From Chiloscyllium plagiosum (lineage: Eukaryota), in the NCBI RefSeq assembly GCF_004010195.1, contig NW_025215169.1, positions 1 through 64,000 on the forward strand: a stretch of DNA of 64,000 nucleotides, written 5' to 3'. This document shows positions 25,601-38,200 of this stretch, one piece after another; the first letter of the stretch is position 1; every line of letters starts with the position of its first letter. The position numbers and the translations under genes are program-made. A model generated the notes under the pieces. That model saw only the letters and a list, made by a program, of their open reading frames with translations, made no database searches and was not told the DNA's origin.

Positions 25601-28600
25601 GGATGGCAGTGAGGGTCAGGCTGGGTACGGTGTGTGGACGGTAATGAGGGTCAGTCTTGGTACGGTGTGCGGAAGGCAGTGAGGGTCAGTCTGGCTGTCG
25701 TGTGTGGACGGTTTTCAGGGTCAGTCTCGGTGCGGTGTGCGGATGGCAGTGAGGGTCAGGCTGGGTACGGTGTGTGGACGGTAATGAGGGTCAGTCTTGG
25801 TACGGTGTGCGGAAGGCAGTGAGGGTCAGTCTGGCTGTCGTGTGTGGACGGTTTTCAGGGTCAGTCTCGGTGCGGTGTGCGGATGGCAGTGAGGGTCAGG
25901 CTGGGTACGGTGTGTGGACGGTAATGAGGGTCAGTCTTGGTACGGTGTGCGGAAGGCAGTGAGGGTCAGTCTGGCTGTCGTGTGTGGACGGTTTTCAGGG
26001 TCAGTCTCGGTGCGGTGTGCGGATGGCAGTGAGGGTCAGGCTGGGTACGGTGTGTGGACGGTAATGAGGGTCAGTCTTGGTACGGTGTGCGGAAGGCAGT
26101 GAGGGTCAGTCTGGCTGTCGTGTGTGGACGGTTTTCAGGGTCAGTCTCGGTGCGGTGTGCGGATGGCAGTGAGGGTCAGGCTGGGTACGGTGTGTGGACG
26201 GTAATGAGGGTCAGTCTTGGTACGGTGTGCGGAAGGCAGTGAGGGTCAGTCTGGCTGTCGTGTGTGGACGGTTTTCAGGGTCAGTCTCGGTGCGGTGTGC
26301 GGATGGCAGTGAGGGTCAGGCTGGGTACGGTGTGTGGACGGTAATGAGGGTCAGTCTTGGTACGGTGTGCGGAAGGCAGTGAGGGTCAGTCTGGCTGTCG
26401 TGTGTGGACGGTTTTCAGGGTCAGTCTCGGTGCGGTGTGCGGATGGCAGTGAGGGTCAGGCTGGGTACGGTGTGTGGACGGTAATGAGGGTCAGTCTTGG
26501 TACGGTGTGCGGAAGGCAGTGAGGGTCAGTCTGGCTGTCGTGTGTGGACGGTTTTCAGGGTCAGTCTCGGTGCGGTGTGCGGATGGCAGTGAGGGTCAGG
26601 CTGGGTACGGTGTGTGGACGGTAATGAGGGTCAGTCTTGGTACGGTGTGCGGAAGGCAGTGAGGGTCAGTCTGGCTGTCGTGTGTGGACGGTTTTCAGGG
26701 TCAGTCTCGGTGCGGTGTGCGGATGGCAGTGAGGGTCAGGCTGGGTACGGTGTGTGGACGGTAATGAGGGTCAGTCTTGGTACGGTGTGCGGAAGGCAGT
26801 GAGGGTCAGTCTGGCTGTCGTGTGTGGACGGTTTTCAGGGTCAGTCTCGGTGCGGTGTGCGGATGGCAGTGAGGGTCAGGCTGGGTACGGTGTGTGGACG
26901 GTAATGAGGGTCAGTCTTGGTACGGTGTGCGGAAGGCAGTGAGGGTCAGTCTGGCTGTCGTGTGTGGACGGTTTTCAGGGTCAGTCTCGGTGCGGTGTGC
27001 GGATGGCAGTGAGGGTCAGGCTGGGTACGGTGTGTGGACGGTAATGAGGGTCAGTCTTGGTACGGTGTGCGGAAGGCAGTGAGGGTCAGTCTGGCTGTCG
27101 TGTGTGGACGGTTTTCAGGGTCAGTCTCGGTGCGGTGTGCGGATGGCAGTGAGGGTCAGGCTGGGTACGGTGTGTGGACGGTAATGAGGGTCAGTCTTGG
27201 TACGGTGTGCGGAAGGCAGTGAGGGTCAGTCTGGCTGTCGTGTGTGGACGGTTTTCAGGGTCAGTCTCGGTGCGGTGTGCGGATGGCAGTGAGGGTCAGG
27301 CTGGGTACGGTGTGTGGACGGTAATGAGGGTCAGTCTTGGTACGGTGTGCGGAAGGCAGTGAGGGTCAGTCTGGCTGTCGTGTGTGGACGGTTTTCAGGG
27401 TCAGTCTCGGTGCGGTGTGCGGATGGCAGTGAGGGTCAGGCTGGGTACGGTGTGTGGACGGTAATGAGGGTCAGTCTTGGTACGGTGTGCGGAAGGCAGT
27501 GAGGGTCAGTCTGGCTGTCGTGTGTGGACGGTTTTCAGGGTCAGTCTCGGTGCGGTGTGCGGATGGCAGTGAGGGTCAGGCTGGGTACGGTGTGTGGACG
27601 GTAATGAGGGTCAGTCTTGGTACGGTGTGCGGAAGGCAGTGAGGGTCAGTCTGGCTGTCGTGTGTGGACGGTTTTCAGGGTCAGTCTCGGTGCGGTGTGC
27701 GGATGGCAGTGAGGGTCAGGCTGGGTACGGTGTGTGGACGGTAATGAGGGTCAGTCTTGGTACGGTGTGCGGAAGGCAGTGAGGGTCAGTCTGGCTGTCG
27801 TGTGTGGACGGTTTTCAGGGTCAGTCTCGGTGCGGTGTGCGGATGGCAGTGAGGGTCAGGCTGGGTACGGTGTGTGGACGGTAATGAGGGTCAGTCTTGG
27901 TACGGTGTGCGGAAGGCAGTGAGGGTCAGTCTGGCTGTCGTGTGTGGACGGTTTTCAGGGTCAGTCTCGGTGCGGTGTGCGGATGGCAGTGAGGGTCAGG
28001 CTGGGTACGGTGTGTGGACGGTAATGAGGGTCAGTCTTGGTACGGTGTGCGGAAGGCAGTGAGGGTCAGTCTGGCTGTCGTGTGTGGACGGTTTTCAGGG
28101 TCAGTCTCGGTGCGGTGTGCGGATGGCAGTGAGGGTCAGGCTGGGTACGGTGTGTGGACGGTAATGAGGGTCAGTCTTGGTACGGTGTGCGGAAGGCAGT
28201 GAGGGTCAGTCTGGCTGTCGTGTGTGGACGGTTTTCAGGGTCAGTCTCGGTGCGGTGTGCGGATGGCAGTGAGGGTCAGGCTGGGTACGGTGTGTGGACG
28301 GTAATGAGGGTCAGTCTTGGTACGGTGTGCGGAAGGCAGTGAGGGTCAGTCTGGCTGTCGTGTGTGGACGGTTTTCAGGGTCAGTCTCGGTGCGGTGTGC
28401 GGATGGCAGTGAGGGTCAGGCTGGGTACGGTGTGTGGACGGTAATGAGGGTCAGTCTTGGTACGGTGTGCGGAAGGCAGTGAGGGTCAGTCTGGCTGTCG
28501 TGTGTGGACGGTTTTCAGGGTCAGTCTCGGTGCGGTGTGCGGATGGCAGTGAGGGTCAGGCTGGGTACGGTGTGTGGACGGTAATGAGGGTCAGTCTTGG

Positions 28601-31600
28601 TACGGTGTGCGGAAGGCAGTGAGGGTCAGTCTGGCTGTCGTGTGTGGACGGTTTTCAGGGTCAGTCTCGGTGCGGTGTGCGGATGGCAGTGAGGGTCAGG
28701 CTGGGTACGGTGTGTGGACGGTAATGAGGGTCAGTCTTGGTACGGTGTGCGGAAGGCAGTGAGGGTCAGTCTGGCTGTCGTGTGTGGACGGTTTTCAGGG
28801 TCAGTCTCGGTGCGGTGTGCGGATGGCAGTGAGGGTCAGGCTGGGTACGGTGTGTGGACGGTAATGAGGGTCAGTCTTGGTACGGTGTGCGGAAGGCAGT
28901 GAGGGTCAGTCTGGCTGTCGTGTGTGGACGGTTTTCAGGGTCAGTCTCGGTGCGGTGTGCGGATGGCAGTGAGGGTCAGGCTGGGTACGGTGTGTGGACG
29001 GTAATGAGGGTCAGTCTTGGTACGGTGTGCGGAAGGCAGTGAGGGTCAGTCTGGCTGTCGTGTGTGGACGGTTTTCAGGGTCAGTCTCGGTGCGGTGTGC
29101 GGATGGCAGTGAGGGTCAGGCTGGGTACGGTGTGTGGACGGTAATGAGGGTCAGTCTTGGTACGGTGTGCGGAAGGCAGTGAGGGTCAGTCTGGCTGTCG
29201 TGTGTGGACGGTTTTCAGGGTCAGTCTCGGTGCGGTGTGCGGATGGCAGTGAGGGTCAGGCTGGGTACGGTGTGTGGACGGTAATGAGGGTCAGTCTTGG
29301 TACGGTGTGCGGAAGGCAGTGAGGGTCAGTCTGGCTGTCGTGTGTGGACGGTTTTCAGGGTCAGTCTCGGTGCGGTGTGCGGATGGCAGTGAGGGTCAGG
29401 CTGGGTACGGTGTGTGGACGGTAATGAGGGTCAGTCTTGGTACGGTGTGCGGAAGGCAGTGAGGGTCAGTCTGGCTGTCGTGTGTGGACGGTTTTCAGGG
29501 TCAGTCTCGGTGCGGTGTGCGGATGGCAGTGAGGGTCAGGCTGGGTACGGTGTGTGGACGGTAATGAGGGTCAGTCTTGGTACGGTGTGCGGAAGGCAGT
29601 GAGGGTCAGTCTGGCTGTCGTGTGTGGACGGTTTTCAGGGTCAGTCTCGGTGCGGTGTGCGGATGGCAGTGAGGGTCAGGCTGGGTACGGTGTGTGGACG
29701 GTAATGAGGGTCAGTCTTGGTACGGTGTGCGGAAGGCAGTGAGGGTCAGTCTGGCTGTCGTGTGTGGACGGTTTTCAGGGTCAGTCTCGGTGCGGTGTGC
29801 GGATGGCAGTGAGGGTCAGGCTGGGTACGGTGTGTGGACGGTAATGAGGGTCAGTCTTGGTACGGTGTGCGGAAGGCAGTGAGGGTCAGTCTGGCTGTCG
29901 TGTGTGGACGGTTTTCAGGGTCAGTCTCGGTGCGGTGTGCGGATGGCAGTGAGGGTCAGGCTGGGTACGGTGTGTGGACGGTAATGAGGGTCAGTCTTGG
30001 TACGGTGTGCGGAAGGCAGTGAGGGTCAGTCTGGCTGTCGTGTGTGGACGGTTTTCAGGGTCAGTCTCGGTGCGGTGTGCGGATGGCAGTGAGGGTCAGG
30101 CTGGGTACGGTGTGTGGACGGTAATGAGGGTCAGTCTTGGTACGGTGTGCGGAAGGCAGTGAGGGTCAGTCTGGCTGTCGTGTGTGGACGGTTTTCAGGG
30201 TCAGTCTCGGTGCGGTGTGCGGATGGCAGTGAGGGTCAGGCTGGGTACGGTGTGTGGACGGTAATGAGGGTCAGTCTTGGTACGGTGTGCGGAAGGCAGT
30301 GAGGGTCAGTCTGGCTGTCGTGTGTGGACGGTTTTCAGGGTCAGTCTCGGTGCGGTGTGCGGATGGCAGTGAGGGTCAGGCTGGGTACGGTGTGTGGACG
30401 GTAATGAGGGTCAGTCTTGGTACGGTGTGCGGAAGGCAGTGAGGGTCAGTCTGGCTGTCGTGTGTGGACGGTTTTCAGGGTCAGTCTCGGTGCGGTGTGC
30501 GGATGGCAGTGAGGGTCAGGCTGGGTACGGTGTGTGGACGGTAATGAGGGTCAGTCTTGGTACGGTGTGCGGAAGGCAGTGAGGGTCAGTCTGGCTGTCG
30601 TGTGTGGACGGTTTTCAGGGTCAGTCTCGGTGCGGTGTGCGGATGGCAGTGAGGGTCAGGCTGGGTACGGTGTGTGGACGGTAATGAGGGTCAGTCTTGG
30701 TACGGTGTGCGGAAGGCAGTGAGGGTCAGTCTGGCTGTCGTGTGTGGACGGTTTTCAGGGTCAGTCTCGGTGCGGTGTGCGGATGGCAGTGAGGGTCAGG
30801 CTGGGTACGGTGTGTGGACGGTAATGAGGGTCAGTCTTGGTACGGTGTGCGGAAGGCAGTGAGGGTCAGTCTGGCTGTCGTGTGTGGACGGTTTTCAGGG
30901 TCAGTCTCGGTGCGGTGTGCGGATGGCAGTGAGGGTCAGGCTGGGTACGGTGTGTGGACGGTAATGAGGGTCAGTCTTGGTACGGTGTGCGGAAGGCAGT
31001 GAGGGTCAGTCTGGCTGTCGTGTGTGGACGGTTTTCAGGGTCAGTCTCGGTGCGGTGTGCGGATGGCAGTGAGGGTCAGGCTGGGTACGGTGTGTGGACG
31101 GTAATGAGGGTCAGTCTTGGTACGGTGTGCGGAAGGCAGTGAGGGTCAGTCTGGCTGTCGTGTGTGGACGGTTTTCAGGGTCAGTCTCGGTGCGGTGTGC
31201 GGATGGCAGTGAGGGTCAGGCTGGGTACGGTGTGTGGACGGTAATGAGGGTCAGTCTTGGTACGGTGTGCGGAAGGCAGTGAGGGTCAGTCTGGCTGTCG
31301 TGTGTGGACGGTTTTCAGGGTCAGTCTCGGTGCGGTGTGCGGATGGCAGTGAGGGTCAGGCTGGGTACGGTGTGTGGACGGTAATGAGGGTCAGTCTTGG
31401 TACGGTGTGCGGAAGGCAGTGAGGGTCAGTCTGGCTGTCGTGTGTGGACGGTTTTCAGGGTCAGTCTCGGTGCGGTGTGCGGATGGCAGTGAGGGTCAGG
31501 CTGGGTACGGTGTGTGGACGGTAATGAGGGTCAGTCTTGGTACGGTGTGCGGAAGGCAGTGAGGGTCAGTCTGGCTGTCGTGTGTGGACGGTTTTCAGGG

Positions 31601-34600
31601 TCAGTCTCGGTGCGGTGTGCGGATGGCAGTGAGGGTCAGGCTGGGTACGGTGTGTGGACGGTAATGAGGGTCAGTCTTGGTACGGTGTGCGGAAGGCAGT
31701 GAGGGTCAGTCTGGCTGTCGTGTGTGGACGGTTTTCAGGGTCAGTCTCGGTGCGGTGTGCGGATGGCAGTGAGGGTCAGGCTGGGTACGGTGTGTGGACG
31801 GTAATGAGGGTCAGTCTTGGTACGGTGTGCGGAAGGCAGTGAGGGTCAGTCTGGCTGTCGTGTGTGGACGGTTTTCAGGGTCAGTCTCGGTGCGGTGTGC
31901 GGATGGCAGTGAGGGTCAGGCTGGGTACGGTGTGTGGACGGTAATGAGGGTCAGTCTTGGTACGGTGTGCGGAAGGCAGTGAGGGTCAGTCTGGCTGTCG
32001 TGTGTGGACGGTTTTCAGGGTCAGTCTCGGTGCGGTGTGCGGATGGCAGTGAGGGTCAGGCTGGGTACGGTGTGTGGACGGTAATGAGGGTCAGTCTTGG
32101 TACGGTGTGCGGAAGGCAGTGAGGGTCAGTCTGGCTGTCGTGTGTGGACGGTTTTCAGGGTCAGTCTCGGTGCGGTGTGCGGATGGCAGTGAGGGTCAGG
32201 CTGGGTACGGTGTGTGGACGGTAATGAGGGTCAGTCTTGGTACGGTGTGCGGAAGGCAGTGAGGGTCAGTCTGGCTGTCGTGTGTGGACGGTTTTCAGGG
32301 TCAGTCTCGGTGCGGTGTGCGGATGGCAGTGAGGGTCAGGCTGGGTACGGTGTGTGGACGGTAATGAGGGTCAGTCTTGGTACGGTGTGCGGAAGGCAGT
32401 GAGGGTCAGTCTGGCTGTCGTGTGTGGACGGTTTTCAGGGTCAGTCTCGGTGCGGTGTGCGGATGGCAGTGAGGGTCAGGCTGGGTACGGTGTGTGGACG
32501 GTAATGAGGGTCAGTCTTGGTACGGTGTGCGGAAGGCAGTGAGGGTCAGTCTGGCTGTCGTGTGTGGACGGTTTTCAGGGTCAGTCTCGGTGCGGTGTGC
32601 GGATGGCAGTGAGGGTCAGGCTGGGTACGGTGTGTGGACGGTAATGAGGGTCAGTCTTGGTACGGTGTGCGGAAGGCAGTGAGGGTCAGTCTGGCTGTCG
32701 TGTGTGGACGGTTTTCAGGGTCAGTCTCGGTGCGGTGTGCGGATGGCAGTGAGGGTCAGGCTGGGTACGGTGTGTGGACGGTAATGAGGGTCAGTCTTGG
32801 TACGGTGTGCGGAAGGCAGTGAGGGTCAGTCTGGCTGTCGTGTGTGGACGGTTTTCAGGGTCAGTCTCGGTGCGGTGTGCGGATGGCAGTGAGGGTCAGG
32901 CTGGGTACGGTGTGTGGACGGTAATGAGGGTCAGTCTTGGTACGGTGTGCGGAAGGCAGTGAGGGTCAGTCTGGCTGTCGTGTGTGGACGGTTTTCAGGG
33001 TCAGTCTCGGTGCGGTGTGCGGATGGCAGTGAGGGTCAGGCTGGGTACGGTGTGTGGACGGTAATGAGGGTCAGTCTTGGTACGGTGTGCGGAAGGCAGT
33101 GAGGGTCAGTCTGGCTGTCGTGTGTGGACGGTTTTCAGGGTCAGTCTCGGTGCGGTGTGCGGATGGCAGTGAGGGTCAGGCTGGGTACGGTGTGTGGACG
33201 GTAATGAGGGTCAGTCTTGGTACGGTGTGCGGAAGGCAGTGAGGGTCAGTCTGGCTGTCGTGTGTGGACGGTTTTCAGGGTCAGTCTCGGTGCGGTGTGC
33301 GGATGGCAGTGAGGGTCAGGCTGGGTACGGTGTGTGGACGGTAATGAGGGTCAGTCTTGGTACGGTGTGCGGAAGGCAGTGAGGGTCAGTCTGGCTGTCG
33401 TGTGTGGACGGTTTTCAGGGTCAGTCTCGGTGCGGTGTGCGGATGGCAGTGAGGGTCAGGCTGGGTACGGTGTGTGGACGGTAATGAGGGTCAGTCTTGG
33501 TACGGTGTGCGGAAGGCAGTGAGGGTCAGTCTGGCTGTCGTGTGTGGACGGTTTTCAGGGTCAGTCTCGGTGCGGTGTGCGGATGGCAGTGAGGGTCAGG
33601 CTGGGTACGGTGTGTGGACGGTAATGAGGGTCAGTCTTGGTACGGTGTGCGGAAGGCAGTGAGGGTCAGTCTGGCTGTCGTGTGTGGACGGTTTTCAGGG
33701 TCAGTCTCGGTGCGGTGTGCGGATGGCAGTGAGGGTCAGGCTGGGTACGGTGTGTGGACGGTAATGAGGGTCAGTCTTGGTACGGTGTGCGGAAGGCAGT
33801 GAGGGTCAGTCTGGCTGTCGTGTGTGGACGGTTTTCAGGGTCAGTCTCGGTGCGGTGTGCGGATGGCAGTGAGGGTCAGGCTGGGTACGGTGTGTGGACG
33901 GTAATGAGGGTCAGTCTTGGTACGGTGTGCGGAAGGCAGTGAGGGTCAGTCTGGCTGTCGTGTGTGGACGGTTTTCAGGGTCAGTCTCGGTGCGGTGTGC
34001 GGATGGCAGTGAGGGTCAGGCTGGGTACGGTGTGTGGACGGTAATGAGGGTCAGTCTTGGTACGGTGTGCGGAAGGCAGTGAGGGTCAGTCTGGCTGTCG
34101 TGTGTGGACGGTTTTCAGGGTCAGTCTCGGTGCGGTGTGCGGATGGCAGTGAGGGTCAGGCTGGGTACGGTGTGTGGACGGTAATGAGGGTCAGTCTTGG
34201 TACGGTGTGCGGAAGGCAGTGAGGGTCAGTCTGGCTGTCGTGTGTGGACGGTTTTCAGGGTCAGTCTCGGTGCGGTGTGCGGATGGCAGTGAGGGTCAGG
34301 CTGGGTACGGTGTGTGGACGGTAATGAGGGTCAGTCTTGGTACGGTGTGCGGAAGGCAGTGAGGGTCAGTCTGGCTGTCGTGTGTGGACGGTTTTCAGGG
34401 TCAGTCTCGGTGCGGTGTGCGGATGGCAGTGAGGGTCAGGCTGGGTACGGTGTGTGGACGGTAATGAGGGTCAGTCTTGGTACGGTGTGCGGAAGGCAGT
34501 GAGGGTCAGTCTGGCTGTCGTGTGTGGACGGTTTTCAGGGTCAGTCTCGGTGCGGTGTGCGGATGGCAGTGAGGGTCAGGCTGGGTACGGTGTGTGGACG

Positions 34601-35220
34601 GTAATGAGGGTCAGTCTTGGTACGGTGTGCGGAAGGCAGTGAGGGTCAGTCTGGCTGTCGTGTGTGGACGGTTTTCAGGGTCAGTCTCGGTGCGGTGTGC
34701 GGATGGCAGTGAGGGTCAGGCTGGGTACGGTGTGTGGACGGTAATGAGGGTCAGTCTTGGTACGGTGTGCGGAAGGCAGTGAGGGTCAGTCTGGCTGTCG
34801 TGTGTGGACGGTTTTCAGGGTCAGTCTCGGTGCGGTGTGCGGATGGCAGTGAGGGTCAGGCTGGGTACGGTGTGTGGACGGTAATGAGGGTCAGTCTTGG
34901 TACGGTGTGCGGAAGGCAGTGAGGGTCAGTCTGGCTGTCGTGTGTGGACGGTTTTCAGGGTCAGTCTCGGTGCGGTGTGCGGATGGCAGTGAGGGTCAGG
35001 CTGGGTACGGTGTGTGGACGGTAATGAGGGTCAGTCTTGGTACGGTGTGCGGAAGGCAGTGAGGGTCAGTCTGGCTGTCGTGTGTGGACGGTTTTCAGGG
35101 TCAGTCTCGGTGCGGTGTGCGGATGGCAGTGAGGGTCAGGCTGGGTACGGTGTGTGGACGGTAATGAGGGTCAGTCTTGGTACGGTGTGCGGAAGGCAGT
35201 GAGGGTCAGTCTGGGTGGTG
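7641..35220 (+). repeat. 140-bp higher-order satellite (4 x 35-bp monomers), about 197 apparently identical copies
   Basis: The same 62-aa spurious ORF recurs every 140 bp from 7714 to 35154. Monomers: tgtgtggacggttttcagggtcagtctcggtgcgg / tgtgcggatggcagtgagggtcaggctgggtacgg / tgtgtggacggtaatgagggtcagtcttggtacgg / tgtgcggaaggcagtgagggtcagtctggctgtcg. The first deviation I see is at ~35215. Confidence 0.98.
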
Positions 35221-38200
35221 TGTGTGGACGGTTTTCAGGGTCAGTCTCGGTGCGGTGTGCGGATGGCAGTGAGGGTCAGGCTGGGTACGGTGTGTGGACG
35301 GTAATGAGGGTCAGTCTCGTTGCGGTGTGCGGATGGCAGTGAGGGTCAGTCTGGGTGCGGTGTGTGGCCGGCGATGATTGTCAGGCTGGGGACGATGTGT
35401 GTGGACGGCAGTGAGGATCAGTCTGGGTTCAGTGTGTGGATGGCGGTGAGGGTCATTCTTGGGGCAGTGCATGGACGGCGGTGAGGGTCAGGCTGGGGGC
35501 ATTGTGTACACGGTGGTGAGTGTCAGGCTGTTCGTGGTGTGTGGATGGTGTAGAGCGACAGGCTGGGGGCGGTGTGTGGATGGTATAGAGCGACAGGCTG
35601 GGTGCGGTGTGTGGGCAGTGTGGGCGATGTTTAGGGTCAGGCTGGGGGCGGTGTTTGGGCGGTGGTGAGAGTCAGGCTGGAGACGGTGTGTGGGTGGCAG
35701 TGAGGGTCAGGCTGGGGCGGTATGTGGGCAGTGGTGACAGTCAGGCTGGGGGCGGTGTGAGGATGGCAGTGAGGGTCAGGCTGGGGGCAACGTGTGGACG
35801 GTGTTGATGGTCAGGCTTGTGTCAGTGTTGGACGGCGGTTAGCTTCAGTCTAGGGGCGGTGTGTGAGCAGCGGTGAGGGTCAGGCTAGGGGCAGTGTGTG
35901 CTCGGCATTTGAGGTCAGGTTGGGCGCAGAGTGTGAACTGCAGTTGGGGTCAGGCTGGGGCTGTGTGTGTTCGGAGGGGAGGGTCAGGATGTGGTCGGTG
36001 TGTGGATAGCAGTGAGCAACAGGCTGGGGGCGGAGTGTGGACGGCACTGAGGGTCAGGCTGGGGTCATTGTTGGACGGCGGTTACGGTCAGGTTGAGGGC
36101 GATGTGTGGATGGTAGTGAGGGTCATTCTGGGGGTGGTGTGTAGACGGCAGTGAGGCTCAGGCTGGGGATGGTGTGTGGACAGCGGTGAGGTTCAGGCTT
36201 GGGGTGGTGTGTGGACGGCGGTGAAGGTCAGCCTTGGGGTGGTTTGTGGATGGCGGTGAGGGTCAGGCTGGTGGCGGTGTGTGGACGGTAGTGAGGGTCA
36301 TTCTGAGGGTGGTGTGTGGGTGGCAGAGAGGGCCAGGCTGGAGACGGTGTGAGGGTCGGGGTGAAGGTCAGGCTGGGGGCGGTGTGTGGCCGGCGGTGAG
36401 GGTCAGGCAGTTGGTGGTGTGTGGACGGTAGTGAGGGTCGGGCTGGTGATGGTGTGTGGACGGTGGAGAGTGTCAGGCTGGGGGCGGTGTGTAGACAGTG
36501 GTGAGGGTCAGGCTGTGTGCGATGTGTGGGCGGTGGTGAGGTTCAGGCTGGGGGCGTTGTTGGGTGCTGTTGGGTGTCAGGCAGGGCGTGGTGTTTGTTC
36601 AGAGGGGACGGTCAGGCTGAGGTGGTTGTGTGAATGACGGTGAGTGTCAGGTTGGTGGCGGTATGTGGACGGCAGTGAGGGTCAGGCTTGGGTGAGTGTT
36701 AGACGGCGGTGAGCTTGAGACTGAGGGCGGTGGTGAGGGTCAGACTCGGGGCTTTGTGTGGTCTCGGTGAGGGTCATGCTGGGGATGGTGTGTGGACGGT
36801 AGTGAGGGTTATTCTGGGGGCATTGTGTGGGTGGTTGTGAGGGTCAGGTTGGGGGTAGTGTGTGGATGGTGGAGAGTGTCAAGCTGGGGCTGTGTATAGG
36901 CAGCGGTGGGGTTCAGGCTGGGGCGGGTGTGTGGGCGGCGGTGAGGTTCAGGCTGAGGGGAGTGTTGGGTGGCGTTGGGTGTCAGGCTGGGGGTGGTGTG
37001 TGTTCGGAGGGGACGGTCAGGCTGAGGTCGATGCGTGAATGATTGTGCGGGTCAAGTTGGGGGCAGTGTGTGGATGGCGGTGAGCGGTGGGGTTCAGGCT
37101 GGGGCAGGTGTGTGGGCGGCATTGAGGTTCAGGCTGAGGGCGGTGTTGGGTGGCGTTGGGTGTCAGTCAGGGGGTGGTGTGTGTTCGGAGGGGACGGTCA
37201 GGCTGAGGTCAATACATGAATGATTGTGCGGGTCAAGTTGGGGGCAGTGTGCGGATAGCGGTGAGGGACAGGTTGGTGATGGTGTGTGGACGAAGGTGAG
37301 GGACACGCTGGGGGTGGTGTATGGACAGCTGTGATGATCAGGCTGGGGGCAGTGTGTGGACGGCTGTGAGGGTCTGGCTGGGGACGGTGTGTGGACGATG
37401 GTGAGGGTCAGGCTGGGGGTGGTGTTGGACAGCGGTGATGGTCAGGTTGGTGGCGGAGTGTGCACAGTGTTGATGGTCAGACTGGGGCATAGTTGGATGG
37501 CGGTGAGAGTCAGGCTGTGGATGGTGTGTGGACGGTGGTGAGGGTCAGGTTGGAGATGGTGTGTGGGCGGTGGTGAGGGTCAGGACGGGGTTGAGGGTCA
37601 GACTGGGGCATAGCTGGATGGCGGTGAGAGTCAGGCTGTGGATGGTGTGTGGACGACAGTGAGGGTCAGACTCAGGACGGTGTTGGACAGCGGTGATGGT
37701 CATGTTGGTGGCGGAGTGTGCACGGCAGTGAGGGTCAGGCTGGGGCATAGCTGGATGGTGGTGAGAGTCAGGCTGGAGATGGTGTGTGGGTGGCAGTGAG
37801 GGTCAGGCTGGAGACAGTGTGTGGGTGGTGGTGAGGGTCAGCCTGGGGGCGGTGTGTGAGTGGCAGTGAGGGTCAGGCTGGAAACGGTGTGTGGGTGGTG
37901 GTGAGGGTCAGGCTGGGGGTGATGTGTGGACGGTGGTGAGGGTCAAGCTGGGGGCAGAGTGTGGGTGACGGTGATTGTCAGGCTGGAGACTGTGTGTGAG
38001 TGGCAGTGAGTGTCAGGCTGGAGACTGTGTGTGGGTGGTGGTGAGGATCAGGCTGGGGCGTTGTATGGGCAATGGTGAGGGTGAGCCTTGGGCTGTTGTG
38101 TTGACTGCGGTGAGGGTAAGGCTGGTGGCGGAGTGTGGACGGTGGAGTGTGTCAGGCTGGGGGCAGTGTGTAGACAGAGGTGAGGGTGAGGCTGGGTGCA

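Noticed and set aside
7714..35342. About 197 identical 62-aa ORFs as a tandem gene array
   Set aside because: They start at GTG, overlap each other in shifting frames because 140 is not divisible by 3, and have no recognisable domain. They are a by-product of the satellite.
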